Origin: a virus
IMG/VR virus record: IMGVR_UViG_3300029286_003706
Span: 1-64,000 of that record
DNA: 64,000 nt
Reading direction: 5' to 3' (one strand)
This document shows positions 6,796 to 15,893 of the stretch, piece after piece. Both the position numbers and the translations under genes were made by a program. The notes beneath the pieces were generated by a model, which was not told the origin of the DNA, ran no database searches, and saw only the letters and a program-made list of their open reading frames with translations. How positions within the stretch are numbered: position 1 is the first letter of the stretch; the number at the start of each line of letters is the position of its first letter.

Positions 6796-9513
6796 TTATA
6801 TATTATTTTCAAAATCTTGAAATTTAGTAATAATCGATTCATTTGATTTATAATGTTCATTTTTCCACAATTTATATAATACTTTTTCTTGATACATTAG
6901 TTGTTTATTTTTTAAAATATCAATTGGTTCAATATTTTTGTTACTACCGAGTGATTTATAATATTTAAGTGGATCTTTTCCTGCTTTTCTTAACATATCT
7001 TTTTCTGCGGAACTCATTAAATGAAGTTGTCTTTCTTCATCTGGAACATCTTCACTTTTCATATAATTTTCAATTGATATAATTTGTACATCTGATGTAC
7101 CATTCACCATTCTCCAATCTGGTACTTGTCTATCTATGGGTGTGTTTTTATCAAAAAAAACAGTTTCGATTGTCCATTTTTTATTCCAAATTTTTAGCTT
7201 TAATTTTTCTTCTAATTCATCTATAATTTTTACAAAAACTTCTCTATTTGGATAATTCCAAAAGGATATTATTTTTTTATTTAACCACAATCTTCCAGAA
7301 TAGTTACGACAATTATCATCTACCCATTTAAAACCTTTAATGGAAATTGAATCGTGGGTTTCACCACCTTCACCAATCGCTACAATTACATCATCTCCTT
7401 GTAAATGACCAATGAAAGGTATTGCGTAATCATTTTTGTAAGTTAAATTATATTTATCGATATGATCGGGTGATTCGTTCATTTTTTCCTGATACATGGT
7501 TATAAATTCAAAATATTTTTCTAATTCATTTTCAGTTTCAAAATATTTTACATCCTGATGTGGTTTATAATTTACCATTTCACGCCCTTTAATTATCAAT
7601 CCATCATATCCCAATTTTATCATTTCATCTTCAATTGTAGTATTTTCTTTAAAAAATTGTAAATCATAATATTCTTTTCTATTATTATTTTTAGAAAAAT
7701 TAATGATAAGGTTTTGTATCCAAATTTCAGCGTTATTTAACGAATCAACTATTTTTGGATGTTTGGGTATCGCGTTTATAACATAATATAATTTGCCATA
7801 TTGTTTAGTCATTATTTTATTACTTAATGGAACTGTATATAAACCTTTACCAAATGATCCATAAACATCATTATATTTTCCTAATTCTTTTATACCCCTT
7901 AATGTAACATTTTTTCTTTTCCAATCCAAATAATCTTTTCGATTTTTCATATTTTCTTGATACATCAATTGTTTATTTTTTAAAATATCAATTGGTTCAA
8001 TATTTTTGTTACTACCAAGTGATTTGTAATATTTAAGTGGGTCTTTTCCAGATTTTCTTAACATATCCTTTTCAGCAGAACTCATTAAATGTAATTTTCT
8101 TAATTCATCGGGTTGATCTTCACTTTTTAAATATTCTTCAATAGGTATTAATTTTGTGGTAATATTTTCTTTGCCATTTTTTGATGAAATACATTGAAGA
8201 TAATTTTTATCAATTGCAACTTCACCTTTGAATAGAAATATTTCTATTTTCCAACCATTATTCCATATTTTATTAGAAATATTACCATACCAATTTATTA
8301 TTTTTTCTTTTAAAATAACCTCCAATTGATTTATAATATCTTCAAAGTCTTTTCTATTTGGGTATGTCCAAAATGATATAATTTTTTCACTAATCCATAA
8401 TCTACCGGGATATTTTATTGTCAAATTCCAATTATCTTGATGGTGTATTGAAACGTGACTCGTTCCCCAATCACCCACACAAACTTTCAGTTCACTTGAT
8501 TCTATAACACAATCAAATGGTAAAGCTTGTCCATTTGTCCATTTAATTTCTTGTTCTTTATAAATTATATTATCTGGTGATTCATTCATTTTTTCCTGAT
8601 AAATGGCTTGTTTATATGCTAATGGCGTTTGTTTACCAAGTGATTTGTAATATTTCAATGGGTCTTTTCCAGAACGTACTGTAAAAGGCAATGCGTCGTG
8701 ATTTAAATAAAATTTTTTATATTTATCAATATAATCAGGTGATTCGTTTAATGATTTAGATATTTTGATTAAACAACCATTATCTTCAAAAGAATTACGG
8801 TAATCCACAAATCCGAATTTTTTGAAAAAATTATAAAATCTTCTTTGCATAACATTTTCTATAAAAAAATTCTTCTCTTTATATTTATCCAATATTCGTT
8901 TTAATATAAGTGTGAATAATCCGGTTCCTCGTTTTACAGATTCTATTGTTGCTAAATCTATAACACTTATCAATTCATTATTATATACTCTTTTTGATTT
9001 TCTAACATACATTTTAAATCCATATACATAAATCCATTTGTTTCTTTCATTACCTTTAAGAAAATTATCAAATAAATCAATAAATTCATTTACAATATCA
9101 TCATTCAATATTGATTTTTTTGATTCGGAAATAAATTCCGGTTTAACTTTCATATAATCAAATAAATGTTCTTGATTTCTGGGTATTTCCACAGCAACTT
9201 CCGGAATCCCAAGTTCTTCAGCTGCCAAAATACGATGTCTACCATCACCAAAGGAGATAATATCATTGTAAATACCAACCACACTTGGTTCAAAAATTGG
9301 ATACCTTTGTATTTTTTTAGCTTCTGGATTATTCCAATTCTTAATAATATATTCTTTCGCTCTCTGAACCCTATTTCCAATTTGATTCTTACCACCTCTT
9401 ATACTGTAACTAGGGCTATCCTGTTCTAATCTATCTAATATTTTTGTTGGTGATACAAATATTATTTTATCACCCTTGTATCTAACTTCATATCTGATAT
9501 CTCTTAAATTCAT
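6796..9513 (-). CDS. 905-aa multidomain polyprotein (ParB/Srx-like, GNAT-like, ART-like and a duplicated unknown module)
   Basis: FGDGRHRILAA; KRGTGLF; FGKGLY...GYDGLII; modules separated by (I/L/M)xES motifs; ends IITKFQDFENNI. Confidence 0.7.
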   Translation of the reverse strand: MNLRDIRYEVRYKGDKIIFVSPTKILDRLEQDSPSYSIRGGKNQIGNRVQRAKEYIIKNWNNPEAKKIQRYPIFEPSVVGIYNDIISFGDGRHRILAAEELGIPEVAVEIPRNQEHLFDYMKVKPEFISESKKSILNDDIVNEFIDLFDNFLKGNERNKWIYVYGFKMYVRKSKRVYNNELISVIDLATIESVKRGTGLFTLILKRILDKYKEKNFFIENVMQRRFYNFFKKFGFVDYRNSFEDNGCLIKISKSLNESPDYIDKYKKFYLNHDALPFTVRSGKDPLKYYKSLGKQTPLAYKQAIYQEKMNESPDNIIYKEQEIKWTNGQALPFDCVIESSELKVCVGDWGTSHVSIHHQDNWNLTIKYPGRLWISEKIISFWTYPNRKDFEDIINQLEVILKEKIINWYGNISNKIWNNGWKIEIFLFKGEVAIDKNYLQCISSKNGKENITTKLIPIEEYLKSEDQPDELRKLHLMSSAEKDMLRKSGKDPLKYYKSLGSNKNIEPIDILKNKQLMYQENMKNRKDYLDWKRKNVTLRGIKELGKYNDVYGSFGKGLYTVPLSNKIMTKQYGKLYYVINAIPKHPKIVDSLNNAEIWIQNLIINFSKNNNRKEYYDLQFFKENTTIEDEMIKLGYDGLIIKGREMVNYKPHQDVKYFETENELEKYFEFITMYQEKMNESPDHIDKYNLTYKNDYAIPFIGHLQGDDVIVAIGEGGETHDSISIKGFKWVDDNCRNYSGRLWLNKKIISFWNYPNREVFVKIIDELEEKLKLKIWNKKWTIETVFFDKNTPIDRQVPDWRMVNGTSDVQIISIENYMKSEDVPDEERQLHLMSSAEKDMLRKAGKDPLKYYKSLGSNKNIEPIDILKNKQLMYQEKVLYKLWKNEHYKSNESIITKFQDFENNI
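6884..8091. repeat. ~140-nt internal direct repeat (about 6884-7023 and 7952-8091; partial third copy near 8635-8672)
   Basis: Encodes LHLMSSAEKDMLRK(S/A)GKDPLKYYKSLGSNKNIEPIDILKNKQLMYQE twice and GKDPLKYYKSLG a third time. Confidence 0.9.
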
Positions 9514-9558
9514 AAATTAAAAAACTTTTTATTGTAATTACTATATATAAAATAAAAA

Positions 9559-9565
9559 TAAGGAG
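9559..9565 (+). promoter_or_regulatory. Shine-Dalgarno TAAGGAG before bS21
   Basis: 9 nt before ATG 9575; the only clear SD I noticed in the window. Confidence 0.65.
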
Positions 9566-9574
9566 ATAAAATTA

Positions 9575-9775
9575 ATGTTTATAGTAAAAGTAAAAGATCA
9601 AAATAGTATCGATAGAGCCTTGAAAATTCTTAAAAATAAGATGATCAAAACTGGAATGGTGAAAGAATTGAGACGTAGATCAGAATTTGTTAAACCATCG
9701 ATAATAAGAAGGGATGAAATTAAAAAAGCCATTTATATACAAAAATTACGTGACGAAGAATCAAAAAATGAATAA
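9575..9775 (+). CDS. rpsU: ribosomal protein bS21 (Bacteroidota-type)
   Basis: SIDRALKILK...KTG.VKELR.R.EFVKPS..RR...KKAIY54. Confidence 0.92.
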   Translation: MFIVKVKDQNSIDRALKILKNKMIKTGMVKELRRRSEFVKPSIIRRDEIKKAIYIQKLRDEESKNE

Positions 9776-9778
9776 TAT

Positions 9779-10285
9779 ATGAAAAATATAAAAAGTGAAT
9801 ATGTTTGGACTATTAATAATAATGATAGGATAACTGAACCAGATATTAAGATTATTAAATCTTGGGAAAATATAGTAAATCAGATAATTTACAATTTGGA
9901 ACATTCAAGAGGTTTTGATGTAAAGAAAAAGATTTTAAATAATTATCTTCGTAAGGATATATTAAATTGGTTCACTATGAATGAACAGAAAAAAGAAATT
10001 CGCATTTCACCAGTACCGGGATATTACGGTAGTTATGTGATTTTGAGAAAAGAAAAGAAACATAAATCAGAAATAAATTTTGACGAATTTAAACCATCGA
10101 AAACTTTAGTAGATAGATATTCTCTATTACTTGAAATGTTAGATGATAAAATTCCCACAAAAGTTAAATTTTTAATAAACGAATATTTAAGTGATATTAA
10201 AAAGGTTCTTCCAGATGATATTTTTGATTCTGAAAGGGAAATACTTGACAATTTTTATTTATGGGTAAAGAAAAAATATAGATAA
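9779..10285 (+). CDS. hypothetical protein
   Basis: 168-aa ORF directly after rpsU. Confidence 0.7.
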   Translation: MKNIKSEYVWTINNNDRITEPDIKIIKSWENIVNQIIYNLEHSRGFDVKKKILNNYLRKDILNWFTMNEQKKEIRISPVPGYYGSYVILRKEKKHKSEINFDEFKPSKTLVDRYSLLLEMLDDKIPTKVKFLINEYLSDIKKVLPDDIFDSEREILDNFYLWVKKKYR

Positions 10286-10346
10286 AGGCATTTAAGGCTT
10301 AACTAAATTGCTTCGTTGGAGAAGATAAAAATTTGGTTAAACACTA

Positions 10347-10640
10347 TTGTATAAAAAGATTGAAAATGTAGTTAATAACTTTATTAAATACGGAGAATAC
10401 GAAGAAGAAAACATAGAAAATGAAATAAAAACACTTATTAAAAATGATTTTGATATATCATCTTTAAGTGTTTATTATGTTCCGAATGATGATAAAATAA
10501 TAATAAGGGTTTATTGTAATTTTCCAAAAATAATAGACCCATTTAAACATAACTACAAATTCGATAAAGAAATAATAATAAATTGTGTTAGAAAAAATAG
10601 ATTAAAACAAATATTAGAAGGAGATGATAATTTTCTTTGA
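10347..10640 (+). CDS. hypothetical protein
   Basis: ORF with TTG start; ends RKNRLKQILE. Confidence 0.55.
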   Translation: MYKKIENVVNNFIKYGEYEEENIENEIKTLIKNDFDISSLSVYYVPNDDKIIIRVYCNFPKIIDPFKHNYKFDKEIIINCVRKNRLKQILEGDDNFL

Positions 10641-10691
10641 TAACAGTAACATTACCATTTGTATTTATTATGATTTATAAAATATAGAAAA

Positions 10692-11915
10692 CTATATTTC
10701 TATTCGTATCATTTTATCATTGTTGATATTATAATACATCTGATTCAGATTGAAATCTAAATCGTGGGTGAACCATACACCCTTAACTTTTTTACCGATA
10801 TTTATCGCTGAATTTAAATCACGATCTATAAACAAATCTTTTGACACTTCCACAATTCTGTTATCTAATTGACTAGAAAACATAATTTCATCGGTTAAAC
10901 AATTTTGTTGTGAAGTATAGGCTTCATTTACATGATAATGATCAATATTTACTTTTTTGGATTTATATTCCAGAAAAGTTTTAAATCTACCCAGTGCAAG
11001 GGTTGATTTAGATATTCCACTTAATTTTTTATTTTCTTTACAAATTACCTTTTTCACTTTTAAATCACCAATAATTAATGAACCAATATTATTTTCGACA
11101 CATTCGTTAACTATATATGTTGACACTTTATGTTGGAAATCAATTACTTTATTTGATAATTTTCTTTTTTGTTTCTTAAATATATCATTTATTTTTTTAT
11201 ATTTATTACTATATTTCTTTTTTTTATCTTTAATTGATTGAAGATGTTCAATAGTTTTTTCTAGTTTATTTAGTTTAAAATTTTTAATTTGAATATTATT
11301 CATACAATTTGAATAACTGGTAACAATATTACTATATCCCAAATCAATTGACATAAAATTATTTTTATTTAATTTATTGTTTGATGATTTTTCAGTATAA
11401 ACAAAAACTACATAATAATCATTTTCATTTTCACGTTTAAAAGTAATAGTTTTAATATTTTCATTATTTATTATTGAACAATATCCCGGAAGATTGATTA
11501 CTAATTTCTTAGATAAATCCTGTGATGTGTCCAAAAGATTTATAATTAATTTATCACCAATGATTTTAAATCCACCCATACCTTTATTATAATCAAGGAT
11601 AAACGAAGTAAAATATTTATATGATTTGAATTTATACGGAAATTTAGAGGTAATATCCTTTTTACGTTTTTCATAAAACGATTTAATATTATTAGTTAAA
11701 TTTTTACAAGTATTTTGTGCGGATTTACTATTTATTGTTAATTTATTTGAAGATCTATAATCAACATATTTATCGTTTAATTCTTTAAAAGTTAATGTTT
11801 TTTCTTTAATACTATTCAATAAATGATTATATAATAAACGATGTTCATTAGAAAGAGTTTCCAATTTTATTTTTTGATTATAGTTTAATATCAATTTAAC
11901 TTTTAACGATAACAT
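10692..11915 (-). mobile_element. tnpB: TnpB RNA-guided nuclease (IS200/IS605-IS607 OrfB family), no adjacent transposase
   Basis: RLLYN, RuvC-I SIDLG, IIGDL, VNEAYTSQ, RuvC-III IDRDLNSAINI. Confidence 0.88.
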
Positions 11916-11940
11916 TACAATAATTATTCTTTTGTAATAT

Positions 11941-11963
11941 TATATATTAAAGTTTAAAGGTCA
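11941..11963 (-). promoter_or_regulatory. extended late-like promoter TGACCTTT-N6-TAATATATA before tnpB
   Basis: Nearly identical to 2958-2980. Confidence 0.6.
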
Positions 11964-12100
11964 TATTTTTCATTTTTGTATGAAATTGTCTAAACATTTT
12001 AAATAATATTGATTATAATTATTATCACGGTGATAAAAAGATATTGAAAATTGGGTCAATACCTTTCGGTATCTGATATAGAAAAAACAATAAAATATGA

Positions 12101-13171
12101 ATGAATAACACAGACAAACAATATAAAGAATTAATAGAAAAAATATTAGAATTCGGAAAAATGAAGAATAATAGAACTGATATTAATTCCAAATCCATAT
12201 TTGGTCATCAAATGAGATTTAAAATGAATGAAGGTTTTCCATTATTAACTTTGAGAAAAATACACACTAAATCATTAGTACACGAATTGTTGTGGTTTCT
12301 TAGTGCATTTGATAGTAAATGGAACAAATTTGGAAACACAAACATACGATACCTTTTGCAGCAAGGAGTCAGCTTCTGGACCGAATGGCCTTATCAAAAT
12401 TATTGTAAATCTAGAAAATATCGTCCTGAATTACCAGAATTTACAATGGAACAATTTGTTGAAAAAATAAAAATTGATGATAAATTTGCTATTGATTTTG
12501 GATCAATTGGAAAAGGGTATGGTCATCAATTTTTAAATTGTGGAGGTGGTGTTGAAAGATTTCACGATGAAAAAGGCAATTCATTTATGAAAGTTATTCA
12601 AGGTGTAAATCAAATTGATGATGTCATTGAAACTTTAAAAAAGAATCCGGATAGTAGAAGAATGATTGTTGATTCTTGGAATCCAATCGATTTACCAGAA
12701 ATGTTACTTCCTCCTTGCCATATGGTTTTCCAATTTTTTACATATAAAATGGATCCAAAAGAAAGGGTCGAAGAATATAAAAAATGGTTAGTTGAAAACA
12801 ATATTTCATTCAAAGAAACTATGGATCATTATAAATTTCCTGAAAGAAAGTTGAGTTTACAAATGATACAAAGATCGGTGGATTGTGGATTGGGTTTGCC
12901 TTTCAATGTAGCCGAATACGCTTTATTACTTCATATGGTTGCACAAGTTGTCAATATGATTCCGGATGAATTCATATGGGTCGGTGGTGATACCCATATT
13001 TATAACAATCATGTAGATCAATTAAAAGAACTTATTCAAAGGGATAGTTATCCATTACCAAAATTGAAATTAAATAAAAATATTGAATCTATTTATGATT
13101 TTAGATATGAAGATATTGTTATAGAAAATTATAAATCACACCCAAATATTAAAATGGATGTTGCGGTATGA
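12101..13171 (+). CDS. thyA: thymidylate synthase
   Basis: FPLLT, ELLWF, PDSRR, LPPCH, QRSVD..LGLPFN, GDTHIY.NH. Confidence 0.97.
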   Translation: MNNTDKQYKELIEKILEFGKMKNNRTDINSKSIFGHQMRFKMNEGFPLLTLRKIHTKSLVHELLWFLSAFDSKWNKFGNTNIRYLLQQGVSFWTEWPYQNYCKSRKYRPELPEFTMEQFVEKIKIDDKFAIDFGSIGKGYGHQFLNCGGGVERFHDEKGNSFMKVIQGVNQIDDVIETLKKNPDSRRMIVDSWNPIDLPEMLLPPCHMVFQFFTYKMDPKERVEEYKKWLVENNISFKETMDHYKFPERKLSLQMIQRSVDCGLGLPFNVAEYALLLHMVAQVVNMIPDEFIWVGGDTHIYNNHVDQLKELIQRDSYPLPKLKLNKNIESIYDFRYEDIVIENYKSHPNIKMDVAV

Positions 13172-13291
13172 AAAACGATTATTTGTAAAACTATTTATAC
13201 TAAAATTGATATAATTATAAAATTAATTGGTAAATTATGAAAATTATAATTGTAGAAGATGTAAATAGTGATATGTTATCAATAGAAACAA

Positions 13292-13669
13292 GTGATGAAT
13301 GGGAATAATATGAAAACGGAAGAATTATTAGATATTATCGGTAAACATTTGAAATCAAATTCGAAAAATCTGATTAAAGAAATAGAAAAAATTCAAAATT
13401 TTTTGGATATAAATAAAATATCAATTCCAGTTATAAAGAAAACAAAACGTAGAAATACGGAAATGAAAGATAAAAATGGTAAATTTATTCGTGAAGGTGA
13501 TTCTGTTTTAATAACAACAAATGGTTTTATGGATAAACAAAAGTATAAAGTGGTGTGGGAAAATTATCAATTTTCTTTAATAGATATTTGGTCAGATGGT
13601 GATAAATATGGACCTTATACACGAAGGTTTGCTTTACATGGTGATATTTATGAAGTGGTAAAAGATTGA
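13292..13669 (+). CDS. hypothetical protein with YopX-like C-terminal half
   Basis: MKDKNGKFIREGDSV; start uncertain. Confidence 0.5.
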   Translation: MMNGNNMKTEELLDIIGKHLKSNSKNLIKEIEKIQNFLDINKISIPVIKKTKRRNTEMKDKNGKFIREGDSVLITTNGFMDKQKYKVVWENYQFSLIDIWSDGDKYGPYTRRFALHGDIYEVVKD

Positions 13670-13670
13670 G

Positions 13671-13845
13671 GGTGTCGTGACATTTAACGGAATGTTATCA
13701 TAGGGCAGTGAGAATCGGTTGAAATACCGGGTTAACGTCCTGACAGTGACGGTACAACGTTACAAGTTTACTTATGAAGATTGTACCAATATTATGAAAG
13801 TGGTAAATTAAATAACCACCGATGGTTCGAATCCATCCGACACTA
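13671..13845 (+). ncRNA. tRNA-like RNA with ~90-nt insertion in place of the anticodon loop
   Basis: Acceptor GGTGTCG/CGACACT; D arm ACAT-TTAACGGA-ATGT; stem TCATA/TATGA; variable arm GTGGT/ACCAC; T arm GATGG-TTCGAAT-CCATC. Confidence 0.75.
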
Positions 13846-13858
13846 CAAAAATAGAAAT

Positions 13859-14089
13859 ATGAAATCTTTAATTTTAACTAGTGATGATTTACGAAAGAAT
13901 TCAAAAGAAGATGCTGATATTAATAATATCAGAAATAGTTTAGAACCTGTAAGAAAATCAGAATTTGTTGTTTATTTCTACGATAATTCATGGGAATATA
14001 AAATATTAAAAAATAGATTTGATGATCAAGAAATACCGGAAGATGTTCTAAATGAAATTAGATATAGAAAATTGAAATCGATATTATGA
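13859..14089 (+). CDS. hypothetical protein (start revised from 13781, which lies inside the RNA gene)
   Basis: MKSLILTSDD...IRYRKLKSIL. Confidence 0.65.
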   Translation: MKSLILTSDDLRKNSKEDADINNIRNSLEPVRKSEFVVYFYDNSWEYKILKNRFDDQEIPEDVLNEIRYRKLKSIL

Positions 14090-14155
14090 TTGTTTTATTT
14101 GGATGATTTATCCTTTTTTGAATTTTTAACCTATCTTTTTTGTGATGGAATATTC

Positions 14156-14443
14156 TCAAATGTTCCAAAAATCTGAGCTGTATTTACCAATAAGTATATC
14201 GCAAGTATTCATTATAGATTTATAAACCTCCCATACTTCATAAGAATTAGGATCACCAAGATTATGTTCTTGAAAAAATTTCTCTATTCTATCTTTTAAT
14301 TTTTTATCACTTATTTCAATAAATTTATAAACAAGTGGACTATTTATATAATATTCTAATTTATCACAGATATCCATTCCTTCTATCCATACTGGTCCGT
14401 GATAATTTCTATTAAATGCCTCAAAAGTTTTAATCTTTCTCAT
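14156..14443 (-). CDS. small protein with capsid-targeting-like tag
   Basis: MRKIKTFEAFN. Confidence 0.65.
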   Translation of the reverse strand: MRKIKTFEAFNRNYHGPVWIEGMDICDKLEYYINSPLVYKFIEISDKKLKDRIEKFFQEHNLGDPNSYEVWEVYKSIMNTCDILIGKYSSDFWNI

Positions 14444-14460
14444 AATTTTAAATTATTTTT

Positions 14461-15051
14461 TTATTTATTTAACCCGGATTTTAATTTTTTTATTGTTTCT
14501 TTATTTCTTTTAATATCAGCAAAAAATGTACTACCTTTCTTTTGTCCACCGTGTAATAATATACCAAATGGTTCTTTACTATCAGATGAAGCTAAAGTAT
14601 CATCAATATCAATTGGAAGTTCTCTTTCTATAGCTTCTTCAACATTTACAACAACATCACACCATCTTAAATTATATTTGTCAATTAAACTATCTAGTTT
14701 TCCACCTTTTGACGCAGTTAATCTAAAATTATTTGGTATATCATTTAATCTATTAACCCAATAATCTAATGATGTAGTGAAACCATAAAATACAGTTTTT
14801 GGATTTTTTTTAGCAACTTCTAACCAAGAATCAAAATATGTTTGATTAAAAAAATCACCAGATTCATGTATTCTAAAAAATCTAGGTGGATATGGAAAAT
14901 AAAATTTAAAAGATTTTTCTATAAGTTTAATTATGTTTTCTTTAGTTCCCATAGATCGTAATAATTTATAATTATTCCAATTTCTTCTTCTTAAATTGGG
15001 ATATTTTACTTCATCAAATGCTGCATAACAACGGAATTGACCATAATCCAT
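14461..15051 (-). CDS. phage GP88-like protein, apparently 5'-truncated
   Basis: CYAA, FRIHESGDFFNQTY, FYGFT, LTASKGGK, FGILLHG; no upstream promoter or N-terminal Cys region. Confidence 0.6.
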   Translation of the reverse strand: MDYGQFRCYAAFDEVKYPNLRRRNWNNYKLLRSMGTKENIIKLIEKSFKFYFPYPPRFFRIHESGDFFNQTYFDSWLEVAKKNPKTVFYGFTTSLDYWVNRLNDIPNNFRLTASKGGKLDSLIDKYNLRWCDVVVNVEEAIERELPIDIDDTLASSDSKEPFGILLHGGQKKGSTFFADIKRNKETIKKLKSGLNK

Positions 15052-15070
15052 TTGTAAAAATCATAAATAT

Positions 15071-15394
15071 ATGAATTATAAATTAACATCGAAATATCAA
15101 CACGCTAAAGTTTTACCGAACGGAAAACGAAGAAGTATTAGATTGTATTTTTTAAATGGTATTCAAATTTTTAAACAAAAGGTTCCATTTGATGAAACCA
15201 GTGAATATGGATATGCTAAAATGAATATTTACTAAATGGATATATTTATCAGACAAGATGAGATGAAGGAAACTGGGATCAAAATGAAGGTGGTTTGGTT
15301 GGTGGTAGATCTGGGGATGTTCATTTTCCGGTATCAAAAAGAATATTTGAACCTTTCAACATACCATGATATGAAAATTGATTTAATAGAAAAA
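15071..15394 (+). pseudogene. multiply frameshifted early gene
   Basis: MNYKLTSKYQHAKVLPNGKRRSIRLYFLNG...* with protein-like continuations in other frames (EYLLNGYIYQTR, DVHFPVSKRIFEPFNIP). Confidence 0.55.
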
Positions 15395-15395
15395 A

Positions 15396-15893
15396 ATGAA
15401 AAAGAAATTAGATGAAGTTCCATTATCAGATGATTCTGATGTTCATTGGGATTATTTGTATGTAGCTGATGGAAATGTTGTACGTAGTGATATAAAGGGG
15501 ACTGTTAGAGATTTGAAAAAAGATTTAAAATCCAGAGGTATTAGTTGTAATGTTATTACCACCTGTGATATTTTTTCCAGAATAGAAGATATTAAAATCC
15601 CAATTGAAAATATAATTATAGAAAAACCAAAATATAAACCAGTACCAAGAGATTCAGATTCTTATTTCTTTATAGGAAATAATAGAATAAAATTCAAAAA
15701 GATTGAATGGTATGAAGATACTTTTTGGAATAAAGTAGTGGGTGTTTGTGGAAATTTCTTCTTTGAAATTCAAGGAATGGATAAATTTTCACCAAAAAAA
15801 TGGATTTCAGATCAAAATTATGGAGATTATTTTACTATCAGGACAACAAAAAAAGTAGATTTATCAAAGTTGAATAAAATAAATTTGGATTAA
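15396..15893 (+). CDS. hypothetical protein
   Basis: 165-aa ORF. Confidence 0.7.
   Translation: MKKKLDEVPLSDDSDVHWDYLYVADGNVVRSDIKGTVRDLKKDLKSRGISCNVITTCDIFSRIEDIKIPIENIIIEKPKYKPVPRDSDSYFFIGNNRIKFKKIEWYEDTFWNKVVGVCGNFFFEIQGMDKFSPKKWISDQNYGDYFTIRTTKKVDLSKLNKINLD

Noticed and set aside
6851-6860. Target of the putative guide at 32455 (TAATGTTCAT match)
   Set aside because: Only 10 contiguous nt in very AT-rich DNA; chance is likely
13671-13845. tmRNA or group I intron-containing tRNA
   Set aside because: Too short, has a D stem, lacks the G3:U pair and a tag ORF; the insert is too small for a group I core
13781-13858. 5' extension of ORF 13781
   Set aside because: Lies within the tRNA-like RNA; ATG 13859 has a normal A-rich leader
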